Source: Macrostomum lignano
Lineage: Eukaryota
Direction: 5' to 3'
DNA: 64,000 nt
Assembly (NCBI GenBank): GCA_002269645.1
Contig: NIVC01003273.1
Span: 1-64,000 of the forward strand
Numbering within the stretch: the stretch's first letter is position 1; each line of letters starts with the position of its first letter. The notes below the pieces were generated by a model that was not told the origin of the DNA, ran no database searches, and saw nothing but the letters and a program-made list of their open reading frames with translations. A program made the translations under genes and the position numbers. Of this stretch, positions 12,987 through 24,533 are shown in pieces.

Positions 12987-13379
12987 TCACACCTTTCTCA
13001 GCAAGCGCTTCCTAGTCTTGCGAATCTTGGCCGGATTTTTAATAGTGCAAGTGACCTCGGCTTTTCGAACATTCTCTTCGCGTCGTTTGCGCTTGGCAGC
13101 TAAGCGCGATCGCCGTTCGTCAGCCTCCTCTTTGCGCTTGGCTCGCAGCTCAGCCTCCATCGCTTTGGCTGCCTGCTGGGACAGCTTCAACTGCATCTTC
13201 TTTGACCAGCTGGTGTGAAACACTTTGTCGCATCTGGCCGAGGAGGAGCGTTCAGTGCGGACGGATTTCCACACTTTGCCGGACTTCGGCCGGCCTCGCA
13301 ACGGTGCCGCCTCCTCGCTGACGTCTGCTGGCTGAACTGACGACTGCAATGCGCAAGATGTCAGTGCTGGTTGAAGGGC
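12987..13379 (-). CDS. CCDC86: Coiled-coil domain-containing protein 86 (Cgr1 family), last exon
   Basis: RGRPKSGKVWKS...SWSKKMQ...RREEN.RKAEV..IKNPAKIRK is the CCDC86/Cgr1 signature. The acceptor CCCCCAG|GCC at 13380/13379 is in frame. The start exon lies upstream; a candidate ATG|GT is at 15811-15807. Confidence 0.88.
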   Translation of the reverse strand, partial: ALQPALTSCALQSSVQPADVSEEAAPLRGRPKSGKVWKSVRTERSSSARCDKVFHTSWSKKMQLKLSQQAAKAMEAELRAKRKEEADERRSRLAAKRKRREENVRKAEVTCTIKNPAKIRKTRKRLLRKV

Positions 13380-14608
13380 CTGGGGGCAGGTAACTGCTGC
13401 TAACTGAAGTGCCTGAGGGCAGGTAACTGCTGCTAACTGAAGTGCCTGAGGGTAGGGAAACTGCTGCTAACTGAAGTGCCTGAGGGCAGGTAACTGCTCC
13501 TAACTGAAGTGCCTGAGGGTAGGGAAACTGCTCCTAACTGAAGTGCCTGAGGGTAGGGAAACTGCTGCTAACTGAAGTGCCTGAGGGCAGGTAACTGCTC
13601 CTAACTGAAGTGCCTGAGGGTAGGGAAACTGCTCCTAACTGAAGGGCCTGAGGGTAGGTAACTGCTCCTAACTGAAGTGCCTGAGGGTAGGGAAACTGCT
13701 CCTAACTGAAGTGCCTGAGGGCAGGTAACTGCTCCTAACTGAAGTGCCTGAGGGTAGGGAAACTGCTCCTAACTGAAGGGCCTGAGGGTAGGTAACTGCT
13801 CCTAACTGAAGTGCCTGAGGGTAGGGAAACTGCTGCTAACTGAAGTGCCTGAGGGCAGGTAACTGCTCCTAACTGAAGTGCCTGAGGGTAGGGAAACTGC
13901 TCCTAACTGAAGGGCCTGAGGGTAGGTAACTGCTCCTAACTGAAGTGCCTGAGGGTAGGGAAACTGCTGCTAACTGAAGTGCCTGAGGGCAGGTAACTGC
14001 TCCTAACTGAAGTGCCTGAGGGTAGGGAAACTGCTCCTAACTGAAGGGCCTGAGGGTAGGTAACTGCTCCTAACTGAAGTGCCTGAGGGTAGGGAAACTG
14101 CTCCTAACTGAAGTGCCTGAGGGTAGGGAAACTGCTCCTAACTGAAGGGCCTGAGGGTAGGTAACTGCTCCTAACTGAAGTGCCTGAGGGTAGGGAAACT
14201 GCTGCTAACTGAAGTGCCTGAGGGCAGGTAACTGCTCCTAACTGAAGTGCCTGAGGGTAGGGAAACTGCTCCTAACTGAAGGGCCTGAGGGTAGGTAACT
14301 GCTCCTAACTGAAGTGCCTGAGGGTAGGGAAACTGCTCCTAACTGAAGTGCCTGAGGGTAGGGTAACTGCTGCTAACTGAAGTGCCTGAGGGTAGGGTAA
14401 CTGCCGCTAACTGAAGTGCCTGAGGGTAGGTAACTGCTGCTAACTGAAGTGCCTGTGGGTAGGGTAACTGCCGCTAACTGAAGTGCCTGAGGGTAGGGTA
14501 ACTGCCGCTAACTGAAGTGCCTGAGGGTAGGGTAACTGCCGCTAACTGAAGTGCCTGAGGGTAGGGTAACTGCTGCTAACTGAAGTGCCTGAGGGTAGGT
14601 AACTACTG
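13372..14608. repeat. 33/34-bp tandem array (about 37 copies) in the CCDC86 intron
   Basis: Unit TAACTGCT(C/G)CTAACTGAAG(T/G)GCCTGAGGG(T/C)AGG(G); the variants recur in a higher-order pattern. Confidence 0.97.
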
Positions 14609-16030
14609 CCGGGGTTATACTTTTTTAGATAAACTAAAATAAACCCGCAACAGGTATGAATAATAAAGATTGACAGTCAGAATGAAGTTAAAATATGTTA
14701 ATGCCGGCCCACAAGTGAGTAAATTCTGCTGGTCAATTTAATTTTTTATTAGTCGAAAGACAGCAGTAGTTTTAGTAGTTTGCAGTGAGTAGTGCGACAA
14801 AAATGGTTACGTTGCCCAATTTTTTAAATTTTAAATTGATTTTGACAGAAACATACATAAACCAAATGAATCATTTTTCACAATATCGATTTTTTCAAGT
14901 TAACAGACAGCAACTGTTTTAGCAAGTGAAACTGAGGCACAGGCATGTAGATGTCCATTGCAAATATATGTGACACAATGGGGCGGCTAATCAAAATTAA
15001 TTGGATTACGCAGCAAACAAATATGATTTATTATAATGATCATAAAATTTAAATGAACCATTTTTATGAGCCTGCAGTACCGTACTAAAATAATAAGTTA
15101 CAGAATTGTATTAGCAAACAATGTAAAGCAAGGACATGTTAAAAATGAATATTTTACACTGAATAACCTGGAATAAACAATTGTTATCCAACGAAAGTAC
15201 ATAACGTAGTTATAGAACGCTAATAATAATTGATCATTTTAAACAAATTAGTAACTGAATTACAGGGTTAATAAAGTCTTTTAATTTTTTTAACGCACGC
15301 AGTTTTCGTTTTCGTCTATGTTCAAAATGCCAAATGTGTGCCCCGGGACGCCATCAAGTTGACACTTTGGCCATAGACAAATAATGAAGCTAAACCATTG
15401 AAGAATTAAGTAAAAATACGTTAAACTAATTAGGCATTGCTTTTGATATACCAAGTTAGAAAACAGACAATCTAAGAGATTAGATTTCAAACCAAGACAG
15501 GTTGGGCCATAGACAGCACGGAACTTTTTGACCAAAAAAAACTCAACTGAGACCACAGATTACATAGACCTAATATGTATCACTCCTTATTCTTAGGTTC
15601 ATAAGCCGACTACTCGTTGCTAGCAAATTCAAAGTTTAGTAGAAGTAGTAGTAAGTAGTAGTAGTAGTAGCAGTAGTTTAGGGACACGAACGGAATTTTT
15701 GGCGCTGCTTTCAAAATCAATGCATTTGGGGTAGAAAAAAGTCTGTTAATTTGAGTTAACACATCTCAGACTTGTTGCATTGTCAAACGATTTTGATTTT
15801 GTTTTTACCATAAATGCGTGTGGCAACGCAATGGGGCATTGCCGAACGCAAAACGGTACTCCGCTCACTCCGCACCTAGGTCGTTGCTGCACTCGAAAGC
15901 AGTGCGTCATCTCTACATTGTCAGACTTCAAGCTTGTTTTTCTCTCAGTTCAGATGTTCGCGTGCTGTCTATGGCCTTACCTATCAACTTTAGAAGTCTT
16001 CTGTATTCTTAACTTTTCTAACATTAAATT

Positions 16031-16393
16031 CAGGGGGGCCGTAGCCCAGCGGTAGCGCAGCTGCTCTGGTGGGCCAGCGACCCAGGCTCGATTCCAAGTG
16101 CAGTCACATTAATTTGGGGCTGAATTGGAATCTCGGCTTGGCTCTGCTCGTGCAATTAACGGCCTTGAGAGCCAACCCCCCAAGGCGCAGTGAAGTGTAC
16201 ATGCCTAACGATAATATAAAGTTAGGGCCGCTGTACACTCCTGTGTGAGTGTGTGCCTGCGTACGTATCCGCGCGCTTGTATGCCTGCTCAGGGGAGTCG
16301 GCGGAATGGGCAGCAATGCCTCTCGCCGGTTGTGTGCCTATGTCGCTTAAAGTGCGCCAGGGTGCACACAACCCCCCTGCCTCTAATAAAAAA
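16031..16393 (+). mobile_element. tRNA-derived SINE
   Basis: Pol III A box TAGCCCAGCGG, B box GGCTCGATTCC, 3' CTCTAATAAAAAAAA tail, and 11-bp TSD AACATTAAATT at 16020-16030 and 16394-16404. Confidence 0.85.
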
Positions 16394-16904
16394 AACATTA
16401 AATTGAGTGATCCATTAAAATAAAATATTAAATATACGTACATTGAATTTTGGTATTAGGGTTGCTGTTTCAACTTTAATGAAAAATTAGGCGCTTTATA
16501 AACTGTACAGTACACAGATTGTACACAATATTATAAATTAATTAAACGAGAACAATTATTGAATTAAACAAAATTCCATGTGGTTGCGTATATTGTCTGA
16601 GCCTAGCGTTTTAAGCCGACAAAAATGACTGTTCAATGCAAGAAAGGCTTTAAACAAAATTATGTTAATAAAGGTCTCGATTGAGTGAATTACATGCCTT
16701 TAGAAACACGTTGCTTTAAAGAAATTAAAAGTCACTACCAGTGCTTCTATGTTTGATACAAGTTCATTACAATAGCACCGGTGGACCAAGCTGCTGTCTT
16801 TTTGGTAATCTTTTTCTTTTACAAATCAATTTAAATTAAAGTTTTTGACAATTAGTGGCAAAATATTTAATCAGCTATTAGACATGTGGCGGCCACACCT
16901 GACA

Positions 16905-17212
16905 CACCACACACACACTGCTGCTGACTGGGGAGTGGAGAGGCAGCCCCACACACCACACACACTGCTGCTGACTGAGGAGTGGAGAGGCAGCCCCACA
17001 CACCACACACACTGCTGCTGACTGGGGAGTGGAGAGGCAGCCCCACACACCACACACACTGCTGCTGACTGGGGAGTGGAGAGGCAGCCCCACACACCAC
17101 ACACACTGCTGCTGACTGGGGAGTGGAGAGGCAGCCCCACACACCACACACACTGCTGCTGACTGGGGAGTGGAGAGGCAGCCCCACACACCACACACAC
17201 TGCTGCTGAGTG
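16905..17212. repeat. 47-bp tandem array (about 6.5 copies) just 3' of the CSDE1 stop
   Basis: Unit CACACTGCTGCTGACTGGGGAGTGGAGAGGCAGCCCCACACACCACA. Confidence 0.95.
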
Positions 17213-17294
17213 ACTGACAGCTCAACCCAGGAAAAATACTTAACAAGGGGCCGCACAGGAGCCAGATCGAGACGACCCAGATATATGCGAAGCT

Positions 17295-18044
17295 TCACTG
17301 GACAGTCAGAGCGGCAGTTTCAACAGTCAGGGCGGCACCGGCGCTGCAGTCGGTTTGAAGTCCAGAGGGCGTCTGCCGCCGGGGCCGGTTGACGAATCCT
17401 TTTGTGCCGTCTGGCCGGGCAGGCTGCCTGATCAGCACAAGGCGAGGCCCGTCCTGGGCGTCCACCAGAGTTTTCAATCGGTGCCGAAGTCTGTCGGGCC
17501 GCGGCTGCGGCGGCAGCGGCTGGGTCGGCTGCTGCTGAGTGGCTGAAGATCCAGACGAGTTTGACTTTGATGCCGGCTTCGAAGCCTGCGGCTGCTGCTG
17601 CGGCTGCTGCGAGTTTGAAGCCACGGCTGCGACTTGGTCGGCTGCCTTGTCGATCAAGCGGACATTGCAGGCCAGACTGGCGCCGGTGACCGGGAATTCC
17701 AGCAGCTGGAACTGCACCCGGTCGTTCCTGGCACCGCCCGAGATCTGTCATTGGTTTGCGGGTGGGTAGATAGATAGACAGATAGAGAGATGAGACGGGC
17801 AGTCAGACAGACAGACAGACGGGCAGTCAGACAGACAGACAGACGGGCAGTCAGACAGATAGACGGGCAGTTAGACAGACAGACGGGCAGTTAGACAGAC
17901 AGACGGGCAGTTAGACAGACAGACGGGCAGTTAGACAGACAGACAGACAGACAGACGGGCAGTCAGACAGACAGACAGACAGACAGTCAGACAGACAGAC
18001 AGACAGACAGACAGACGGGCAGTCAGACAGACAGACAGACAGTC

Positions 18045-18076
<32 letters not shown>

Positions 18077-18170
18077 GGGCAGTCAGACAGACAGACGGGC
18101 AGTTAGACAGACAGACAGACAGTCAGACAGACAGACAGACAGACAGACAGACGGGCAGTCAGACAGACAG

Positions 18171-18235
<65 letters not shown>

Positions 18236-18252
18236 GGCAGTCAGACAGACAG

Positions 18253-18306
<54 letters not shown>

Positions 18307-21230
18307 GGACAGACAGACAGACACAGACCTGAGTCAGCGGACAGCAAACGGGCTTCTCCCGGCCAGCGCAGTTGTACATGATGATGCCGGGCTCGGTGTC
18401 GGCCTGGTGCAGCACGCCGGTTAGCAGCTGGGGCCTCATGAGGGTCAGCCGGTCGGCGGACGCGGCGGCAGCCTCGGCGGGGAGTCGGCACAGCCTGACC
18501 GCCACATCGGGGGCGCCGTCGGACACCGAGAACTGCACCAGGTCGCCAACATTGCCAACCAGATCGTCGCCAACGAGTTCGTAGGCGTCGAATTGAAAAG
18601 ACTGACTGTCGGACACCAGCAGGCCTTTGTTGCTAGGCGACGGAGACACGTGCACGACGCCTTGGCGACGCGGCTCCCTCTGCGGTGAGTTGACGCCGGC
18701 GGCCGAGTCGTAGCTTTGGCCGAACGTCTCGACGGGGTCGAGCTCGATGGCGGTGGCCCGACGCAGGCGATCTCGACGATCCGTGGCAGCGTTGAAGGCG
18801 ACCCGGTCGCCCGGTCGAAGGCTGCAACGGCTGGACAGATCGGCCGAGCCGAAAGGCAGCTGGACGAATGCGCCGGTGTCCGGGCACTGGAAGCTCACCT
18901 GGTCGATGGGGGCGATTCTCAATGTGAGCAGGGGCGATTCTCAAAGTGATCAGGGGCGATTCTCAATGTGATCAGGGGCGATTCTCAATGTGATCAGGGG
19001 CGATTCTCAAAGTGATCAGGGGCGATTCTCAATGTGAGCAGGGGCGATTCTCAATGTGATCAGGGGCGATTCTCAATGTGAGCAGGGGCGATTCTCAATG
19101 TGATCAGGGGCGATTCTCAATGTGATCAGGGGCGATTCTCAATGTGAGCAGGGGCGATTCTCAATGTGAGCAGGGGCGATTCTCAATGTGATCAGGGGCG
19201 ATTCTCAATGTGATCAGGGGCGATTCTCAATGTGATCAGGGGCGATTATTAAAGTGATCAGGGGCGATTCTCAATGTGATCAGGGGCGATTCTCAATGTG
19301 AGCAGGGGCGATTCTCAATGTGAGCAGGGGCGATTCTCAATGTGATCAGGGGCGATTCTCAATGTGATCAGGGGCGATTCTCAATGTGATCAGGGGCGAT
19401 TATTAAAGTGATCAGGGGCGATTCTCAAAGTGATCAGGGGCGATTCTCAATGTGAGCAGGGGCGATTCTCAATGTGATCAGGGGCGATTCTCAATGTGAT
19501 CAGGGGCGATTCTCAATGTGATCAGGGGCGATTCTCAATGTGATCAGGGGCGATTCTCAATGTGATCAGGGGCGATTCTCAATGTGATCAGGGGCGATTC
19601 TAGCTAGCACTGCAGGTCTCTGCGCACTTTTACCTGTCCAGTAAGCGGCTCCTTCCGCTGGTGTGTCGGCAGCCGCAGCAGGGTGCCAATAAGCCTTCGC
19701 TGGTCAATATCGGCAAAGGTGACACTACCGGCTGGTAGCAGCACAATATCCGTAGCCGTCTCCCTGCCGCTGCGACTCAGCTGCAGACTGAACTCAACTG
19801 GGGCGCCCAGCGGGGGCTGACGGCCTTCCGGACAGCCAGAGAAATGGAAATGCACGTCCTGGACTCGATCTTCGCGTTCTATGAAACCGTAGTTGTCTTT
19901 TAAGGAGCTCACAATACCGCGGCACCTGCTGGCTGCAGGACGGTGCACGTTCACGGCCCAGGAGGCGCTGGCGTGGCTGTCCGGATCCCCTGGACCAGAG
20001 GCCACCTGAGGAGCGGAGGGATGCATGTCTGGCTTGGTGTGACTTTTCTTTAGGGGCGGCTGTGAATCTTATCTACGGGTGGCTGTGACTCTTATCTACG
20101 GGTGGCTGTGACTCTTATCTAGGGCTGGCTGTGACTCTTATCTAGGGGTGGCTGTGACTCTTATCTACGGGTGGCTGTGACTCTTATCTAGGGCTGGCTG
20201 TGACTCTTATCTACGGGTGGCTGTGACTCTTGTCTAGGGCTGGCTGTGGCTGTTATCTAGGGGTGGCTGGTTGTGACTCTTATCTAGGGCTGGCTGTGGC
20301 TCTTATCTAGGGCTGGCTGTGGCTGTTATCTAGGGGTGGCTGGTTGTGACTCTTATCTAGGGCCGGTGGTGACTCTTATCTAGGGCTGGCTGTGACTCTA
20401 TCTAGGGCTGGTTGTGGCTGTTATCTAGGGCTGGCTGTGGCTCTTATCTAGGGCTGGCTGTGGCTGTTATCTAGGGGTGGCTGGTTGTGACTCTTATCTA
20501 GGGCTGGCTGTGGCTCTTATTTAGGGCTGGCTGTGGCTGTTATCTAGGGGTGGCTGGTTGTGACTTTTATCTAGGACTGGCGGTGACTCTTATCTAGGGC
20601 TGGCTGTGGCTGTTATCTAGGGGTGGCTGGTTGTGACTTTTATCTAGGACTGGCGGTGACTCTTATCTAGGGCTGGCTGTGGCTTTTATCTAGGGGTAGC
20701 TAGCTTAAACAAAAACTCTATAACAATCATGGATAACGCCAAGTGAAGCCTAAATCTTGCATCAAACGCATTCTCACCTGGAAGAACACCAACTCGCCAG
20801 CATTGAGCGACTCGCCATTCCGAACGGACTCTTTAGTGTAGGGCAAAAAGAAATATTCGCCATTAAACACGTGCGCTATTTTGCCGGGTTCGCCCGGCTT
20901 ACAAGGCGATACAACTGTGCCCTCTAGCACTGTTGAACTAACACTAGACTGGGACTGCATTGGCTGTTGGTTGGCCGTGTTCTGTCCAGTCTTACTGACG
21001 CAGTACGCCTGAACCCGCTTGTTGCCCCCTCTGGGGTCCCGCCGGATACGAAACTCAACGGAGTCGCCGATTTTCAAGCTGTCAGGCGGCTGCTCAGGCG
21101 GCAAGTCTTTGAAGTGAAAAAATAGTCTACCCTCGCTTGGAGAATAGGATTTGATGAAGCCGAATGTGCCCTGCAGTTGATCGATTCTACCCTGGCTAAC
21201 AGATTGCTGCTTTTGCGATTCAGTAGACAT
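17295..21230 (-). CDS. CSDE1: Cold shock domain-containing protein E1 (UNR), about 615 aa, 4 exons
   Basis: Exons 21230-20778, 20005-19634, 18898-18329, 17744-17295, all joined in phase 0 with GT-AG. CSD1 GRIDQLQGTFGFI...LFFHF; CSD3 RCRGIVSSLKDNYGFIERED...VHFHFS; ATDRRDRLRRAT; C-terminal SUZ-C PRPDRL..RLK...PRLVLIRQPARPDGTKGF. Confidence 0.93.
17768..18326. repeat. (GACA)n / GACGGGCAGT(C/T)A compound microsatellite filling CSDE1 intron 3
   Basis: Directly visible in the sequence. Confidence 0.97.
18911..19600. repeat. 22-bp tandem array (about 31 copies) in CSDE1 intron 2
   Basis: Unit GATTCTCAATGTGA(T/G)CAGGGGC. Confidence 0.97.
20048..20697. repeat. 23/27-bp tandem array (about 27 copies) in CSDE1 intron 1
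   Basis: Unit GGCTGTG(A/G)CTCTTATCTAGGG(C/G)T, with variants carrying a 4-bp insertion. Confidence 0.95.
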
Positions 21231-22021
21231 TTCTGCTTCGGCTTGTTAAAACGTTCGTTTTTTTATTAAAGAAAATAAATTATTGTTTTCAAAATTTGTG
21301 TCAATTGTCTTTGTTAATATTGTTGTTGTTGTTTTAACCGCGGGCAGTTGGAAGTTAGCGACGAGTCTCAGGTTGCGAAGATTGTAAGAAAAAAATTCTA
21401 GAATATAACTTTCGTATTTAAATGTAATAAAAGTCAACTTAATCGTAGTTGTTTAAACACAAAAAATGAGCCAATGCGACAGATGTTGGTTGCCACTGAC
21501 GGAATACTGAAATAGTGGTGCAATAAGTTTTCGTGATTTTAGGGATTTTGTAGAGCTAATCTTGTTTACCTAAAATTTACTGACCTAAAAACTTATCAGC
21601 CTACTCACAAGTAGTAAGGAGAGACAACAAATGTGTGTACAAAATTACAAAGTTAGCCATAGACACACACACACCATCCTCTCCCACCAACTCTCAGTGT
21701 GCACAGACGTTTCTTTTATGGCGACATTTTTCGGGCCATCCAAGAGATTTTACGATTCGAGTCTCTATTCGCCTACTTCTCTCAGTAGTCTTCAGTAGTG
21801 CAAAATTAAATTTTCTAGTGTCCCTAAAGTCTCTTTTTATGTCCCTGATTAAAATGGCTCACTATATATAAAGTAAACAAAAACGAACCAACTTTGATGA
21901 AATTAAATAAAGTATCGATAGGCTTTATTAATACGTAAATAAAGTTTTTGTACATGAAGGTAGTACAAACAATAATTAACCAAGAGTATTTGACAGACAT
22001 TTTTGGGTCCATGAGAATAGT

Positions 22022-22237
22022 CCGCAGAAGAATTTCCCGCCGAAATTTGCCCGCAATGCTTTTTTCCTGAGGCGCATTTACCCATGCTGCATATTTTGCC
22101 TGCATTGCAAATGCCTGTATTTGCCTGCACTCACAAATGCACTACAGGAGAGCAATACAGGCAAAATCTGCAGTGGCTAAATGCGTTGCAAGAAAAAAAT
22201 AATTGCAGGCAAATCTCGGCGGTTAATTCGTCTGCGG
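22022..22237. mobile_element. Foldback / MITE-like inverted repeat with arms of about 90 bp
   Basis: CCGCAGAAGAATTTCCCGCCGAAATTTGCCCGCAAT... pairs imperfectly with ...ATTGCAGGCAAATCTCGGCGGTTAATTCGTCTGCGG. Confidence 0.7.
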
Positions 22238-22266
22238 GCAATTTTTGTGCTTTTATTGGTATAACT

Positions 22267-22465
22267 TTGAGTAGTCTGACATTGGGGATGGCTTTGGGTG
22301 GTCTGACATTAATAATGGCCTTGAGTAGTCTGACATTGGGGATGGCCTTGAGCAGTCTGACATTGGGGATGGCTTTGAGTAGTCTTAAATTGGGGATGGC
22401 CTTGAGCAGTCTGACATTAGGAATGGCCTTGAGTATTCTGACATAGGGGATGGCCTTGAGCAGCC
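22267..22465. repeat. 27-bp tandem array (about 7 copies) just 3' of the TAF13 stop
   Basis: Unit TTGAG(T/C)AGTCTGACATTGGGGATGGCC. Confidence 0.92.
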
Positions 22466-22491
22466 TGGCACACATGCAGTGCACATTAAAG

Positions 22492-22896
22492 CTACTGGCT
22501 GGTTTCGTTAGCCTGAGCAGCTGATTCTGGATCATCAAAAGCCTTCCGGGCCCGTTTCAACACCTCATTAATAGTGAGCAGTTCGCGTACTCTTGAGTAC
22601 TTTTTTGGATCGCGGCGAACAACGTATTCAATATCTTCGACGCCGATACGGCCAGACTTGCCAACTTCAGCTGCTCTGCGGGACACCGAGCAAATATAGG
22701 ACACCGCCAGCTCTTCCAGAAGAGACACGGTCTCCTTATAGGGATTCTCATCGTCGCCAAAGCCGTACAGCATCATTTTGATCTCTTTGCTAAACAGGTC
22801 GCCGCGTCCGCGCCTGCCCAGAGCGGCTCCAACTGGGACAGCGTCCTCTTCATCATCGTCAACTCCAGCGTCTGTGATTGACTCGCTCTCGGCCAT
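22492..22896 (-). CDS. TAF13: Transcription initiation factor TFIID subunit 13 (histone fold), single exon, 134 aa
   Basis: LFSKEIKMMLYGFGDDENPY.ETVSLLEEL...GRIGVEDIEYVVRRDPKKYSRVRELL..NE.LKRARKAFD. Confidence 0.95.
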   Translation of the reverse strand: MAESESITDAGVDDDEEDAVPVGAALGRRGRGDLFSKEIKMMLYGFGDDENPYKETVSLLEELAVSYICSVSRRAAEVGKSGRIGVEDIEYVVRRDPKKYSRVRELLTINEVLKRARKAFDDPESAAQANETSQ

Positions 22897-24533
22897 TATT
22901 TGGGCTAATTTTCTTAAAAGTACACTAATTACTTTGCTCTAGTAATTATAAATAAATATTGCTTGTTTTTTATTTATCTGTAAAAGTACAAATACATATT
23001 TAAAAACATTTAGTAAAGTACAGAGCTTTTTAGGGTCAAAAGTTTAATACTTCCTAGACAAATATTAGCATCCTTTACGACTTCGACTTATCATCAGAGG
23101 GAACTGAATGGATTTTTAATACTCTTAAAGGGGGTAGATACTTAAACGATTTAGCACATTTACTGCCTGCACTAAAAGTTAAGCAAGTTGATTGTGGTTA
23201 GTACACAGCTTAGCTGGAAATATTTTAACCAATGTACAAGCATCGTTAACAGAAATAATTACAGGCATTGGGCTTTCTGTGTCAGTATTTGTCATGACAT
23301 ATCAACTTTAATTGTTGGCATCTTGAATATGGAATTAACAAGCTTTTTCATGCTGGGTGCCATTAAATGTAACTTTGTATTTTTTTATGAACTAGTTTAC
23401 ATTTTATTAAAGTATCAAGAATCATTATGGGGATTATTGAATTTTAAATACTTCTATTAACTGTCAACTTTGAATAATCAGTAAACATGAAGTCTGCAGA
23501 CTTCTGCAACTTCTGTAGGTCAAAGAGGATTAGTAGTGGTAAAGTGTAGGTAGACTTGTTAGTATTTTATTAGACATGAAGCTATTTAACTTACTCCAGC
23601 TGGCATCCTAGTTTTTGGCATCTAGAATTTGGATCTAGGATGCTAAATGGCACTGCAAATTCTGCAATTCCTATGTTCTTGAAAATACAATACCATTATT
23701 GAGACAGTGGTAATGTAGTGGCATCAGTTAATTTAAAAAGGTTAAATAACTAGGAATTATAAGTAAACTACTCTGACATTTTATCTAAAATTCCATTAGT
23801 TACAATCAAGGTACTAAACAATTTTAGTTTGTACTTAAATGCATATTATACTTCAGTTGCCCTTCAGAGTAACTATGACAATGCTCAATACTAAAAATAG
23901 GTTAGCTCATTTAAAATTCTGTGTTCATCATAAGGGCACAAATTAATTTTATCATGCATAGTTATTGAAATAGATGCAACCATGTGATTCTTCATCATGT
24001 GATGTGATTCCTCATCATGTGAGTTGATGACCATGTGATTTTTTATTCGCTTTCATCACTGATCACTAAACACTTGCATTTTTGCATTAGGGCTTAGCAG
24101 TAGGCCTAGCATCAGCTCTTTTGCCATATTGCCAAGTTGAAAATGTCTATTGCTTGTTTTCAATCCATTAAAAAAATAAGGAATAAATAAACTACTTTGG
24201 AATTTGGATAAGCTAGCTTTTTATTACAATTGTGAGTTATTGGTCATTTATTCCATTGTCTAGCCTATGGCTATGCATTATCTTGTCTACTTCTCCTATT
24301 ATACCAGACCTACTAACTGCTATCTTATGTTATGCCATTAGTTATTTGTCAATCATTTGCTATTTAGTGTTTAGGCCTGTTGCTATTTTATTTTATGCAA
24401 TATTGACTTTCATTGACAATAAAAAAATTGTTTATTTTATTTAAATTAAACTAATATATATATAGCCAAGGGCCTACACATGTTTTTCTGCAGTGTGTTC
24501 TAACATTCACACCAATTTTAAAATCTAGCTCAG

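Noticed and set aside
16034-16105. tRNA gene
   Set aside because: There is no complete cloverleaf or T-run terminator; it continues into a SINE body with an A-tail and TSD.
16867-17298. Cys-rich, metallothionein- or keratin-associated-like ORFs
   Set aside because: They are translations of the 47-bp tandem repeat.
18083-18491. VCLS-repeat extension of CSDE1 exon 3
   Set aside because: It is readthrough into the microsatellite intron past the CAG|GT donor at 18328.
13372-20697. CRISPR-like regular repeats
   Set aside because: The units are head-to-tail with no unique spacers, there are no cas genes, and the context is eukaryotic introns.
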